This document shows positions 63,743 through 64,000 of a stretch of 64,000 nt of DNA, in pieces. The translations under genes and the position numbers were made by a program. Under the pieces are notes generated by a model. The model saw only the letters and a program-made list of their open reading frames with translations, did not search any database and was not told the origin of the DNA. The DNA lies in contig OY730442.1 of the NCBI GenBank assembly GCA_963422685.1, positions 1,991,847 to 2,055,846 of the forward strand, read 5' to 3'. Position 1 is the stretch's first letter, and every line of letters starts with the position of its first letter. The stretch comes from Arenicellales bacterium (GTDB taxonomy: Bacteria > Pseudomonadota > Gammaproteobacteria > Arenicellales > Poriferihabitantaceae).

Positions 63743-64000
63743 TATCAACGATTTATACAACACAGTACTGCTTGGCGATATTCGCACTGTTGCTCCGGGC
63801 ATTCCCGATAACTCCATTCAAAGTATAATAACCAGCCCGCCATATTTCGGACACAGAAATTACTCCGAAAAAGATCAATACAAATGTGAGATAGGCAGAG
63901 AAAGCCGCCTGGAGGACTATGTTGAAAATATTGCCGCATGCTTTCAAAAAATAAAACCAAAGCTCAAAGAAGACGGGTTGCTATGGCTCAACCTGGGAGA
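63735..64000 (+). CDS. DNA methyltransferase, beta-class N4-cytosine/N6-adenine type, 5' part (runs off the window)
   Basis: My manual translation is MVNINDLYNTVLLGDIRTVAPGIPDNSIQSIITSPPYFGHRNYSEKDQYKCEIGRESRLEDYVENIAACFQKIKPKLKEDGLLWLNLG... The catalytic motif IV (S-P-P-Y) near the N-terminus, followed by G.LW.N.G, is typical of beta-class amino-methyltransferases. Confidence 0.85.
   Translation, partial: MVNINDLYNTVLLGDIRTVAPGIPDNSIQSIITSPPYFGHRNYSEKDQYKCEIGRESRLEDYVENIAACFQKIKPKLKEDGLLWLNLG

Overview
This is a core chromosomal window from a proteobacterium, probably a gammaproteobacterium judging by gene order and protein signatures. GC content was not computed.

Gene content, left to right:
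- The 3' end of xerC.
- An H+-pyrophosphatase gene (hppA) convergent with a three-gene operon built around a PPi-type phosphofructokinase (pfp).
- The origin-proximal block rpmH-rnpA-yidD-yidC-mnmE ... mnmG.
- gor and adhC, divergent across a roughly 600-bp non-coding region.
- A complete str-S10-spc-alpha ribosomal superoperon, rpsL to rplQ, including the unlisted small gene rpmJ.
- An MFS transporter and a decayed isocitrate/isopropylmalate-dehydrogenase gene fragment.
- rlmE-ftsH-glmM, a bactofilin, tRNA-Leu(CAA), queA-tgt, glyA and a split Ada system (adaA-ogt).
- tRNA-Leu(CAG) and an SRPBCC/ArsR pair in which the ArsR gene appears frameshifted.
- prfB with its programmed +1 frameshift, then lysS, lolC/E-lolD and lon.
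- A VOC protein, a HAD hydrolase, an ABC exporter, and surE-pcm-yqaA-nlpD.
- At the right edge, an AT-richer type II restriction-modification cassette.

The most unusual element is a tightly coupled two-gene module at 9237-12173, wedged between mnmE and mnmG. The first gene encodes a MotA/ExbB/TolQ-like 4-TM protein. The second encodes a MotB-like protein with a conserved Asp in its single TM helix. Its extracytoplasmic part is a very long coiled coil built from three nucleotide-perfect 369-bp tandem repeats, followed by a small C-terminal globular domain. It looks like a stator-type ion-driven motor unit with no flagellar, Ton, Tol or Zorya partner genes nearby. I consider it the best candidate for an undescribed system.

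All calls rest on reading the supplied translations and the DNA by eye. No database search was run.
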